From NCBI GenBank assembly GCA_964057225.1, contig OZ059899.1, positions 6,696,001 through 6,760,000 of the forward strand: a DNA stretch of 64,000 nucleotides. Direction: 5' to 3'. This document shows positions 1 through 13,757 of the stretch, piece after piece. The notes beneath the pieces were generated by a model, which worked only from the letters and a program-made list of their open reading frames with translations, was not told where the DNA came from and made no database searches. Each line of letters starts with the position of its first letter. Within the stretch, counting starts at the first letter, position 1. The position numbers were made by a program, and so were the translations under genes. Source of the DNA: Auanema rhodensis. Lineage: Eukaryota > Animalia > Nematoda.

Positions 1-765
1 GTTGATCTTAAATTCGTTGAGGCATTGTTAACAACTTGAAAAAGAATTTGTGAAAGTATCTTTGTAAATAATCAGAATCAGTTTCTTCTGATTTTCCCTG
101 TAAAGTATTTGATGAGCAAATTAAACCTTTTTTTTTCAAAAAAAAAAAAAAATGTGTCATATACCATACAGGGATTATCTGCTTCTCTAATTTCCTAAAA
201 TATTTTCTTGTCATCTGTGCATACGTGTAAAAATCACTGTATAGGATTACTATTATTTGCTAAATATATGCATATAATATAGTAATATATGGTAAAGTAT
301 AAGATATTATATATTATGCTATTCTATATTATACTATATAATGTATTAAATTTTGTTTGTGTGTAATATTCTATACATTTTTTCTTGAGTCTGAATGAAT
401 GAAGGCATCTATTTTAACTATATGCATATAATTATCATTTTAAATCTTTATTGAGTTTAAAAAACAAATGTTTTTTTTTTTCAAATTTATAACTGAAACA
501 TCTAGTTACCAATATGGTGAGCTTGGAAACAGTTATAGAAATGCATCACCGTAAAACAGAGGTAAGTATTAGAATTGGAGAAGACATGCTTGTCGTCGGA
601 ATCATCAAGAAACAAGTATATGTAAGTACCTTCAGATCTCAGTTCATCATATATGTATTTGAGTACTGACTGAATATACATAGATAAGATAAATATATAT
701 AAGTTCACGATAAGTTCTTTATAAATATATATTATTTGCAATTTTTTAAAATTAATATTAACTAT

Positions 766-3700
766 TTATATGACTGATTCATTTGTTGCTTTTTTTGGTG
801 TTTTTTTTGCTTGACCCGCGATTAGTGCTTGAATATATGATGTTAATAGTCCATCCATTTTGTAACCCTATAATTAAATTATATTTTTTAAAATTATTAT
901 ACAGATTATAACTAACCATAGTAGTATCTAACAATAATTTCTTGCCATCATTTCCTTTGAGAACGTTTCCAATTGTCATATTAAAATATGTATTTCCACT
1001 TGTCCAATGACAAATCACATTGAATGGATACTAGAATATGTAGATATTTCTTTGTTTTTATTAAAAATAAAATAGTTTAACTTACATGAACTATTAACAT
1101 TTTATTTTCCGCATTATATATATGAACTCCTTGTTGGTTAATGGCAATTAATAGCTTTTCTGGCAGTGTTACATCAGACATTTGTGAAACCTAAAACAAA
1201 ATTAGGAGTATAACAATAATATTATATAATAAAAATAATTTAAAAATTAGATTTAAATTTTAAACTAACAGGGAAAAAGGCTGATCCAAATGTTGGCCAC
1301 TTATGAACAGTTCGTAAGAATTCAATCTTGGCTTGATCTGACGTCATATGCTCTACATGAACGTATGAATTGGAAATAGCCTATAAACATATTTATATTA
1401 AAATTATATAAAATAAGAGAATTTATAATACTTTTTTCCATTCTGATGAAGAACTTGATGATAATATATCTTTTGGTATAAGTTCAGATAGAAGTTGTGG
1501 TATTTGGGCGAGAGGAGCATTCTGAAGATATTTTTAATTATATATTATACATATAATTAAAACAATTTAATATTATCTAGGAAACTATAAAAGAAAGTGA
1601 ATAATTATAAATATTTTATAGTATTTTATATATAATTGTATGCTTTAAGTTCAATTTTCCAATGCAAACCTTGCTATCAATGGTCATAGCTCGAAGTAAT
1701 AAAGCAGCAATTTCGATGGCTGTTTGTTTGCCAACATTATGATATCCTAGTAAGTACTTGGGAGCTTCCTATAGAAAAGTAAAATGATTAGAATATATAC
1801 CTTGATTTAATTTATTATTTCCATTTTAATCATAAAAATTGTATAATTTTAGTAAAATATAATATTGCAATAGGGGGACATTAAGATTATTTTAATTATT
1901 GAAATGATTGTATACCTGATAGTAATGGAAAATCAAATCAGCATTAATATCATCTCCAGGTACAACATCCATCCAAAGCATACGCATAAAGAATACTTGA
2001 TAGTTAATTGGCATAATTTGGCTTTCTTTATGTGCATGATTATTTTGAATTTCATCTGATAATTGACGAACATAATCAAAGAAGAAATCATGTTCAGGAA
2101 CATGCCGAGCTAAAATATAGTTTTGAAAAATATAAAATAATATTCTTTGATGTATATACCTTTTTCTTTAATTTTAACGACAAGATAGAAACCTTTCGGT
2201 GATTTTAATTGGAGCCTATGAGCAATTCGTTGGCATATATCTTTAGCTTTTGTTGACGAATCAACTTCAATAGCCTCATCAGTTTGATCAGGGAAAAATA
2301 TCTGAAATAGGAAAATAATTAAAAAAAAGAGTTATAAATTATAATATAATATATAATATATTCTATACCTTATGATATATTTGAGTTGTTTTTTGTTGAA
2401 TTGCTTCTACTTCAACTAAATGAGGTGGATATTTTCTACTTCCAGATGCTGTTAAAATTTTTTGAATTCTATTCAAGCAATCTAATGCAATTGGATGATG
2501 TCTTGATTTCAAAAAAATTGCAACCTGAAACAAAGAAAACAAAAATATTATATTTATATAATTTATATAATACTTCTTTCATTAGTAAAGGACTTGGAGG
2601 GAAAAGCCCTGCTGCAAGCCACATCAATTCCCATCCACGTTCTTCTGATAACATTGATGGATTGAATGTTAATTGTTTAATGATTTGACAGTACAATTCA
2701 TCTCGAAGAATATCCTGAAAATAAATTATATTTAACTTTACATAACTAAAAATATTATGTATACCCAAAGAAGAGCAGCTCTGAATATAGTATCTGTGAG
2801 ATCAGTTCCAAGTCGGCTTCGTCGATGTTGCAAGTCTCCCATGTATTTCATAATAGCACTATATGATTGAACTGCTTCTCGTGCAGGATCATCACTGAAA
2901 CAAAATTTTTATAAAATAATATCAGTTTATATTAATAAATAAATATTAAAAAAGTAAATACATACAGTCCGTCAAGTTTTTTAAGCAGAGGCCCATCAAT
3001 AGGTTCTCTAGAAAATCTCCAACGATCAGTATTTGTTGACTCTCTTCGCCGTAATGTCATAATACTTCCATTCTTTTTTGTTACTGTTCTATAATTTTAA
3101 TTATTATTATAATCATAAATAATTAGTTTTATTACCGGAAATGTACAGAAGCGAACTGTTCCAATGTATGAGGTTTATCAAAAGTATGATCAACTACAGA
3201 AACTTTTTTATGATTATTATTATTTAAAATATCCAAATCAGCATCTTTTGGGAATAACTTCTATAATAAAAATAAAAACTATTATATTTTAATAATATAA
3301 AACATACCAGAACATTCATTGTTGGTCGAGCCATTGTTGGAAGAACATAAACATTTTCAGCTCGAATCATTCCTTCTTGATTTGTTCGATTATTTTGACC
3401 CTAGAAGAAAATATAATAATATTAACTATATTAACTATTCAAACATACCATAACCATTACTTCATTTAATAAATCTTTTCCATTATGATTATTGGTCATT
3501 GTCAGAAGATCACCTTTATCAAATTCAAGATATTCTCCAGATCCTAAAAAAAGAATTATAATGAATATGAAATTAATTTACATTCAAATGATTACCTTCG
3601 GATTTTTGAGCTTGAGTTGCTACAAGGTGTTTACTTCTCATTTTCAATCCTTCCAAGAAGCTTGACACCAAATCTCGTATATCTTCAGCATTTGGAGATT

Positions 3701-6700
3701 GGAAAGTATATTCTTCACCAGTTATAGAACGAATTGTACATGTATCAGCTCCAACACGTTTTCCTCTTTAAATAAATAACAATAAACTTATTTTTATATT
3801 TTTTTATCAAAACATACTTTCCATAAATAATTCCAGTTATTTCAGGATAACTGAATTCTAAGAGAACCTGCTCTTGATCATCAACAACATATACTCCTGT
3901 CCAGTTGACAGCAATTATTACTTCATTTTTTGGTAAAGGTGGTCCTGTGAACTTAAGAGCTTCATAGAATCTTAAAATAATTGAATTGAATTAATAAATT
4001 TTTTATTAAAAAAACAGTTTTACCTTGAAAATAGTAATGGCCAATTAAACTTAGCAAATGAAACTACTTCTTCTTTTACCGATGCTGAATCAACGAAAGT
4101 AGCAAATTTCTGTTAAAATTAAATGTTTATATTGAATTCAAAAATGAATTATACCTTTCTATATTGATTCATAATAAGCTGACTCCATCGTTCTTTAGCT
4201 TTATCTTTTCCATTTAATTCTGTATCAGGGATATAGTTATGAAGTTGAGAATTTAACCGAATAATATCAAGAGCTCCTTCATCGATAAAATATTGTTGAG
4301 CAGAAATTGTAGCAAGATCTTCTTCCTATAACATATTATAATAAATTTTAACATAGTTTAATACAATAATATGAACAAATGTATTACCTTTTCACATCGA
4401 TATTCACCATATTTGATACCTCGAACAACCTGTTGATAAATCAAGTTTGTAGCTACTGTATCATCTCTGAAATCATTTAAAATTGTCAAATTAGTTATAA
4501 TTATAAATAAATACTTGGCATCATGCCATGGGGCAAAAATTTCTTTCCGGAAAAACAATCTCCAAGGTGCATTTCTTTCTTGTCGTCCTTGTTCTTTTGC
4601 ATATTGCTCACATTGAGAAATAGCATCCATAACATGGTCGGAACCACATCCAAGAGAGCTAACCTATAATATATAATATATATATATATAATATAATAAA
4701 TATATAAAATAAATTACCTTATCAAATAATGCTATATATAAACTAAAACCAAAGCGATCTTTTAGACCGACTTTATCAGCTAACTGGGCACATAGCTCAG
4801 ATGATGTTGTTGCACTATCAGCGCATAAAGTTTTTACTGTACCATCCATGAATGTAACTGCTAATACAATTGGTTTTTTGCTTTTGCTAGCCTGTAGATG
4901 GTTTTTCATAAAATCAATTTATAATTATAAACTATATACCTGAAGTTCAACATAACTTGATGGTTGTCGTCGAGGACCGTTTTCAACAGTTCGTCTTAAT
5001 CGCTCTTCAATATAAGCTGAATAACCTGATCCAGAAGGCCCTTTTTCTCGAATAAAGCAATACAAGTATTTAATAAACCTGAAAAAAAAATTTAGTAGTG
5101 TATTGAATAGTATGTAGGATTTAGTTAAGATGTAACATACTTTGGACTTGGAGCAAAACATCCAACACAGAGGGAGAGTAAAATCCATCCTCTTGCGACA
5201 GATAACTTTGATGGATTTTCAGATAATTGTTTGCACAATTGACAATATATTTCATCTCGTAATTCTTCTCGTAATATTCCCAAACCAATAATATAATGAA
5301 GTCTATCCAAACTGCTCATCGGCTTAATATCAAGGAGGGCATTAAATCCTGACGATGAAGAACTAAGTGAATCTATCGAACCAGCTGATTGAATATCTTC
5401 AAATTATAATTTATATAATTGTTATAATTGATTGCTAACCACTAAGTTTAGATTTTTTCTTCAAAGTCATTGACATGAGCTTTTTGCCCATTCCCTTTTT
5501 CAAAGTTCTATTTGTGCCCAGGCCATCACCATCGGCAGCAGCAGATGCTTCTTCGACATCTTTTCTGCTATACTTACGACCTAATGTAGCATACAGTTTG
5601 GTCATGACAGGTGTTTTATCCTAAAAAATATTAGATGAGTTCAAATATACTTAAATACAAATTACAAAATTTCCTTCTGAACTATGTGTAGAGCCAAGCT
5701 TTACATCAGGAAGATCTCCCATAAAACGAAGAATTGTCATCCATGCAGCTAATGCACCCTAAATATAATAATATAAGATATGATTTAGTTTTGTCTATAC
5801 CAATTGAACAGTAGGATCATCGTGATTCAGAAGAGATGTTCGTAACGGTTTTTGTATATGAGTAGGTGTGACACCACTTGACATGTAAGTTGCAGCAAAT
5901 TTAGAAAATTGATACTTAGACAAATCTTCTCCTTCAAATGGATCAGATGCTTGTGGAATAGTATAAGGTGTAATTGTTTCAGGTTCCTATAACAACTTTA
6001 GTTAAGAAATAATATAAAATATTATAAATAACCCTAAGCATTGAAGGAACTACTCCTCTAATACTTCCAGAAATAGATTCACTATCAATACTTCCTTCCA
6101 TTTTACTGTCAGAAGGTAAGAAATCAAACAGTTGACCAACCTAGAAATATGAAATACAAAAAGATATTCTAATAAGAATGCAATGCCCCCTCCCTTTATA
6201 TTTTACACATTGGTGAAAGATAATTCGATAGAAAAAAAAGAAAAAAGTATAAAAAGATAGAAAGAAGCTTCTATTTAGATAGTTAGATATGAAGGATTCT
6301 AAATAATCAAAAACTACTAATATACTCTATCACATGCATCACTCATTGCAACTTACGCTAGAATTTCTGCCATCCAATAAAAACATCTAAATATTTTCTT
6401 AACATAGCATACTGTTAATGCGTGAAATAAGCATAAAAGATAAAGCAATCTAGCAATGAAAGCAGACAAAAGTTTTTACTTACAAGTTCTTCCTCTCGTA
6501 TATCTTCTGCTACTGGTCCTTTAAGAGGATCGTGTGAACTGTTGAGTTTTCTACGTCCTTCGCGAACCATTTCATCAATTTTCCAACGAACTAATGCTCC
6601 ACGACAACAAGCCTGAACATGAAGATGTAAGGAAGATTATGTAAAAGTATTTTATACTTGAAATTGAATGATAATGTATCGAAGACTTTGATAATGTTGT

Positions 6701-9700
6701 ACCAACTGCTTCGTACGTAACAATGCTTGGAGACGAGACACGCCAGTAATAATCTAAAATAAATGGATATTCAAAAAGAAAGAAAAAAAGATTCAAACCT
6801 GCTGATATCGTTTCTTCTGCTCGTATCCTCTCCAGATTTTCTGAATAATAACAGCCGCATGACGCTGTCTAGAAAATCGTTTTTGAGCTTGCCAACGACG
6901 AACAGCTTTTTGAATAGTTGTAGCTCTCTCATTCAAAACACGATAGTATGACTGAAACAAAATAAAAACGTAGATTCTAACAATGCTTAGATTACTGTTT
7001 CAAGGAATAAATCTTGTTGATCTTTCAAGAAAACTTTAGTTTTTCCTAGTTGGAAATCTGCATCTGTACCAAATACATATCGGCAAATTTTCTTTGCTGC
7101 TTTATGACAATCAACTCTATGAGCTGGTCCTATAATTAACATTCAAAGATAAATTTAAAATTAAAATATATATATTATACCAATGCCATTAACTAAGAGG
7201 CGATACCGATGTACAAACTGATCATACGAATGCCGAACAGGGTAACCACTTCGACGAATTCGGATAGTCTCCATCATACCAGAATATCTTAATTGTCTTA
7301 GAACTAAATCACGATCCATAATCTAAAACAATTTAAATACATATATATCTATATAATTAACAAATTTATATATTAAAACTTACAAGTGCTCGCTTATATT
7401 CATTTGGTTTTATACATCTGATGAAGAAGGGCTCCGTTTGGGTCAATTGACTCATAAGTGACTCAAGTGAACGACGAAACTGGCAACTAACAGTTCCTCC
7501 TTTTCTTCTGTAATAGAAGAATTTTATAATTTTTAATTTTTTTTTCATAGAAACGAGTACCTAATACTGCTATCAGCATAATCCATATCTTCAAACAGCC
7601 GTCTCAAGAAAACCATTTTAGATGAAGAGACAAGTGCATGCAAATCAGCATGGAAGGAGTCACGATTTTTCTCCAAAAATCCTTAAACACAAAAGAAATA
7701 ATATAATTTATAATATATACTATTTATGTTTTACCTTTAACATTGTAAAATACGGGACCTGCAAAATGATTAACACCGAAAGCTTTTTGTAGATCTGATT
7801 TGGGTTTCATATACAATGAACTAGATCTAGCATGGTTAGCATGCAACTTATTAAGCATAGTGTAATCAGTAGCCTAAATATATTACAAATAAATATAAAA
7901 TATACATTTAGAAAAAGCTCACTTTTGGGAAAATACTTTCTTCATCTATTATAGAGAGAATATTCATAGGTTGAAGAGCAATAAGTTCAAGAGTAGCTTG
8001 ATTATCAATAAATTTAATTTGTCTCCAGTTAATTTGCTCCTGAGGATATATAATTAAAAGAAATAAAATAAACAACAATAAATACTTGATCATATTCTGT
8101 TTGTTCCATCTTAAAGATATGTTTAATGAAAAATTGCTGTAAAGTCTCATTTGCATAATTAATGCACAATTGCTCAAAGCTGTTATTCTCAAAGCTTTCA
8201 AAGCCAAATATATCAAGAACTCCAATAGATGTTCGTTTACCATCACTACGTGGTCTATAACTCATAACTAGAATTGAAAATATTATACAAATAACTAACT
8301 TGAATATAGCATCATTGATTCTGGATACAATATAAACGAATAACCGTCCATAAATTCCTTTAACAAGAGCATCACGTGTATCAATAGCTTGTTGAGCATT
8401 TAATCGTTTAACAACGCGTTCATCACGAGTAACTAAGCATTTACTCGTCAAAGCATCCAAAAAGTTTTGTTCTCTAATCTATAATAAAGAATAATATAAT
8501 AGTTAACATGTATAAATATATATTTTTACCTGTAACAAGCGTGAAATGCGTACAATGTTTGAAGCATCACTAACGTCTACAGCATCCATATTATCAATTT
8601 GAGAAGCTATAATACAATAAATATAATATTTATAGTTATAATTATTATAAGTATAAGTAACTCACATCGATACCGTATGTTTCCAACATGCAAAATTCCA
8701 GCAAGTAGCTTGAAAATACTCCAAACTTCTTGATCTTTGAACATTAATACTTTCATTGCAGATCTGATTTCTGCTAAATCAGCAGCATCATCACGACCTT
8801 CAGCTACAAGTGTTCTTCCCTATATTGTCATTATATTAAAAATTATATTTATTAGTTATTCACCTGAGTTAAATAGAAGTAATCTGATGTTGTAGTTAGT
8901 TCAAGATCTTTCTTTTCTTCTGATGTTAATCCAGAAAGAAGACAATAGAATATATGATAGTTTCTTTCATTTTCTGCTTGAGATACAATTCGAGATTTCT
9001 CAAGAAGATATTGCTCAATACGAGCACCTAATATATATTTAAAGAATATTTTGTTATAATTTATAAATATACCTTCAATACATCCAGCTTGATTAAAATG
9101 GACATCAATATATTTTCCAAATCTTGATGAATTATCATTACGAACTGTTTTAGCATTACCAAATGCTATAAATAATAAATATAAATAATATAATTAAAAA
9201 TATAAATATATATTCCAACCTTCTAATATAGGGTTAGCTTCTAATACTTGTTGTTCAATCCAGCTGTGTTGTCCACTAATGGTAGCCAAGAACTGTAGTA
9301 CTAACTTTGTGGATTCAGTTTTTCCAGCACCGGATTCACCACTTAAATTTAAAAAAAAGTTATATATACATATAAAAGAATAAATATATTTATACCTTAT
9401 TATAATACTTTGGTTTTTATTTCCATTTCTCATAGAAGTGTATGAATTATCAGCAATAGCAAATATATGCGGAGGCAATTCACCTATTTTTTTTCTTTAA
9501 TAATAAATTTTTATTAAAATATAAATATATCTATATAATACTTTTTATACAAGCGAATTTGTTCTGCTGTATATATGGGAATGTCCAAATATGGATTAAC
9601 CGCAATAAGAATTGATCCAGTAAAAGTCTAAAACAAAATTGTTAACACTTGTTTTACTATTATGTATTATAACTTACATAAATATACTTTTGACGATATC

Positions 9701-10809
9701 GTATAAAAATATTTCTTAATATAGCACTTTCATGATAATCTCCTAATTGGCACATATCTTCAACACCCTCAACGGATGTTGGATGCATCAAACGAATTCT
9801 GCGATCTGCTGCAAGCCATTGTTCCTAAACCAAAAAATGATTTGAAAAAGCAAAGAAGTTGAAGTAGAATTGAAATGCTTAGATGCAACCGGTTAATAGA
9901 TATTCAAATTTGGCAATGAAATGATATTAGTATGACGTTAAACGTGAACATGTCAAACGATATACTATGTCTAATTAGCATAAACAGTATAAAGTTTTCA
10001 AATTATGGTTAATAGCTATTGCTGATGTGGATGCATTCTTTTCTTCTTCTGGAATTAATATAAATTCTACTTTCAAATCATTTTGTATGACCGTTCAATG
10101 ATGTTAGGTAATTTAAGGACAAATTCATTGCTCTAATTTACAATTAAAATAAGGTAATTAACAATTAAATTTTTCAATTTTCATATAAATCATTTCGATG
10201 CCTTTACTTTATATTATCTCATTCTTTCTGAATATTTTGGCTAATTATCTTGAACATATAAGTGAGATCAATTTCGTCGTTGGCTAAGATCTAATTGAGA
10301 GAAATAGAATTATATAGAGAGGAGGTTGTTCGAAGAGAGAGAACATCGTATTTGGATACGAAATACAGGGAGGTGACCAAATTTGGGTCAAGTTCAATTG
10401 ATATGTCAGAATTAAGAGACAATGAAATTGATTGTTTGAATATGTTATAACTGATATACATTTATATTTGATAAATTATGAATAAATAAAGAATGTATTG
10501 AATTGATAAACAAAAACAAAATGTTGTTTTTGAAAAAAAAAAAACTTTTTTTTTCTTTCAAAATAAATGTTTGAGATTAGTAAATTAAAACAAATTTTGT
10601 TCTAAAAAAAATTTAAAAAAGAAAAGAAAATTACCGTTCCGGAATCATCGAGAATCTTCAATCTACCATGGTCTTGTTCAATAACACGAGCCCCAGCAGG
10701 TATAGACCCTTCACCTCGAATAGGCTCGATCCAGATGAAATCTCCCTTAATAAAGAAAAATATTTTATTATTTCTATTTAATAAAAATTACCTTAGTTAC
10801 TAAAACCAT
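766..10809 (-). CDS. hum-6: Unconventional myosin VII heavy chain (motor, IQ neck, MyTH4-FERM, SH3, MyTH4-FERM), ~49 exons
   Basis: Starts MVLVTK|GDFIWIEP (ATG 10809). Motor motifs: P-loop [38 protein letters not shown] motifs IQKAVRRW and IQKIWRGY. Two MyTH4 domains ([26 protein letters not shown]), FERM ([14 protein letters not shown]) and an SH3-like segment. Ends [18 protein letters not shown]...NESVI* (TAA 768-766). Confidence 0.96.
6357..6386 (-). other. Candidate 30-nt microexon of myosin VII ([10 protein letters not shown])
   Basis: tttag|ATGTTTTTATTGGATGGCAGAAATTCTAGC|gtaagt, phase 0/0, inside the unusually long intron 6142-6483. A TGCATG lies downstream at 6338-6333. Confidence 0.6.
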
Positions 10810-13730
10810 TTTCTTAATACATATTCAACAATATCAGATATTATAAATATTTCTGAAGAAAATAATGAAAATAAGAAATATACAGTGCAAATATAGTTCG
10901 AAAGCAATGAATGGTGAAGAAACAGCAATAGGTTTAAGGGGCTTGTTCGACTTGTTACATGACCAGATTAGAATCTGTAGCAAATAGAGTGGTCAGAGCA
11001 ACATGATGACTTTTCGGATAGAAGGCAATACTCAAAAAAAAATCTGCAAATGTGAGCAAAAGGAAGAAAAGATTAAAATTTTGAACAACTGAACATAGTC
11101 GAAGCACTAAAAGTTTCAAGAGAAAAGAAAGCGAGGTGATAACATGAAGAAGACAAGGTTCCAAAAATGGTATGAAAAGCGATTACCAAACCAAATATAT
11201 ATGTTGATTATATAACTATAATTATATATTTTAATAAAAATTATTGATAAAAAGCTAGAAAATTTCACAAAAAAAATTGTATATACGTCAATGTGTATGT
11301 AATTGTAGACACTTGACTTGAAAGTTTACAGAAAGTTGATGGACAATGAAAATAAGGTGGAGAGAGTGTAGAACATAGGAAATGCGACAAAAAGGCATAA
11401 AAGATGTGAATGATTAAATGAATAGTAGTCTAATATGTCTTATGTAAATATATATCTATATATTTGGAATAAAATAGTTGAATATAAGTAGACAATATAG
11501 AAAGTATGCTGGAATAAAACATTGTTAACAACAAAGAGCAAGAAAATCAAATGTTAATCTATAAGATGACAGTGTCCGTCTTGTTATAAGGAAAGAGAAC
11601 AGTTTTGTATTTGGTTATAGAAGATGGGATGTCTGAAACATAGGTAACATAGAGAAGAAAAAAGAGAGAGGGATAGAGAGAGAAAAGAGAGAGAGAGAAA
11701 CAAAGAATCTGAGATAGGAAAGGATATTATGAGAAAGAAAGATGAAAAGCTGATGAAGAAGCCTGACAAAAGAGATGATGTTGAGGACGCAGATGAAGAG
11801 AAAGATACATTGTTGACTGTATCTAACATCCTCCTTCTTAGACTTCACTTCCTTCGCTCTTCTCTCTTTATTCATCTCACTAGTCCACAACCACTCAGGT
11901 GCTTACTCTAGTTGACTCTCTCATTCTATCTTCCTCTCTCTGTTTTTTCTTTCTCCCTCCATTGCTTTCGCCATCTCTCTATATTTTGTTCGAACTTTTC
12001 TCAATCATTCGGTCGTCGTTATTCACATTCTTTTGATCATATAGTCGTTCGCCGAATGACCACTGACAACTCTCCATCATTCTTAACCTTATCAAGATAT
12101 CATATCTCTATTACCAGACAGATTATTACCGCTTTTATTATTTGATTTTAAGGTTCGGCATATGAAAAATTTTAAAATTTACGGTGATATACATTACAGT
12201 CAAATCAGAATGATAGCTAGTGAAACTAAAGTTCATAAAGCATCAAGCATACTATAGAATGAGTGCATTATCTTTAAAAAAAAATTTTTTTTCCTGGAAA
12301 TTTGTTGAATTATTTGTATTTTAAATAATAATTATCTATTTTATATAAAATATTAAAAATAAATTTAATTAATTAATAGAACTTTATAAGAATAAGTTTC
12401 AATAAAGCTTTAAAAAGTTTATGTAGTCGAAACAAAATTGTAGCTTAATGATAACGCATCGATTTTTAATATAAAAATGTGATTAAAATAAATAATAAAG
12501 TTAATATAATTTAATATTATATTATATAATTAAATTCAAAGTATTATTGATAGTTAAGGATTATATCGCGTTGATTCATTTCAAATTACGACTAAGATTA
12601 TAACAGTATGGAATTATGTTTTATGAATCAAACTCTTTAGAAATATTTTCATTGAAATCTCAAATATTTTTTTTTATAAGAAAAGAGCTGAACAAATATT
12701 GGAAGAAAGTGACCAATGAACTGAATGAACAGCATGATTATTGAAAAGAAACAATATTTGAAAATTATAAAAGGAAATATGTATATTGGCGGAAACGACG
12801 CTAAAGTTCTTTATCAGTTAGGAGTAGAAATTCATCTTATTTGTAGAAGCTTGTCATTGTCCATATAAAGTATGAAAGCGATAAAAAATATTTTTGATAT
12901 CAAATATATCACATAAGAAGGAGATTTTAGAATTTAAAATTTAAAATAAAAAGAAAAAAAGAAAATGAATGCTGATAGTCCAGTAACAGATTTACGCTGG
13001 CAATGACATGAAGTATGAGTGAAAGAGTAGAAGGGGGACAAAACTGAATTTTCAAAAGATGTTAGAATTCGATATGACCTAATGATGATCTACCAGTTGT
13101 ATGGTACAGGCTCGTCAGCCATCTGATGGACTGTTTGTGCGCCGCGTCTTTAATCCGTTTATGTCGAAGTCGACAGAGTCTCGTTGTCTTCATCATAGTT
13201 AGCATCTTAGTTAGTTTGACTATGTCTCATCACTTTACATATTGTATTGTTTAGTGAAGAAATATTATAAGAAAAACAATTTTGAAAAGAATAAAAGAAT
13301 TTTTTTGTAAATTTGTTATCAAAACAGAGTGTGAATTGCAAAGGTGTCAGAAGATAATAAAAAGAACAAGAGGATTATAAAAGGAAAAAGTTAAGATGTG
13401 AAATACTTTGAAGAAAGAGAAAGCAATAAGAAGGAAAGTAAAATTTTCATAAAAATGGTACAAAAGAGAAACCACAATTGAACAAAATTACATATAAAAA
13501 TTATATTAACACGTAAATAATGTGAAACAAGGGAAGATAGAAGATAGAAACATTGAAATATGTATCGCTAAGCGTTACAGCAAAGATAGAGTTCTGAGAT
13601 TGAAGATATATGAGCTAATCGTTAAGCAACCATAACGATGAACCATATCGTCCTATGAAGGCAACGGAAAACGATTACGTCGTTCATCACATTCGGGTCA
13701 GAACTTTCTTAGAAGTCTCTTACATACGTA

Positions 13731-13757
13731 TCTCTCTCTCTCTCTCTTTCTCTCTCT
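13731..13757. repeat. (CT)n microsatellite
   Basis: Imperfect tctctc run read directly. Confidence 0.9.

Noticed and set aside
10263-10290. TGAGATCA bantam/miR-58-like seed
   Set aside because: No adequate hairpin, and antisense to the host intron.
11584-12145. Overlapping ORFs including acidic/basic MRKKDEK...
   Set aside because: They arise from GA/CT-rich low-complexity DNA, with no splice structure or recognisable homology.
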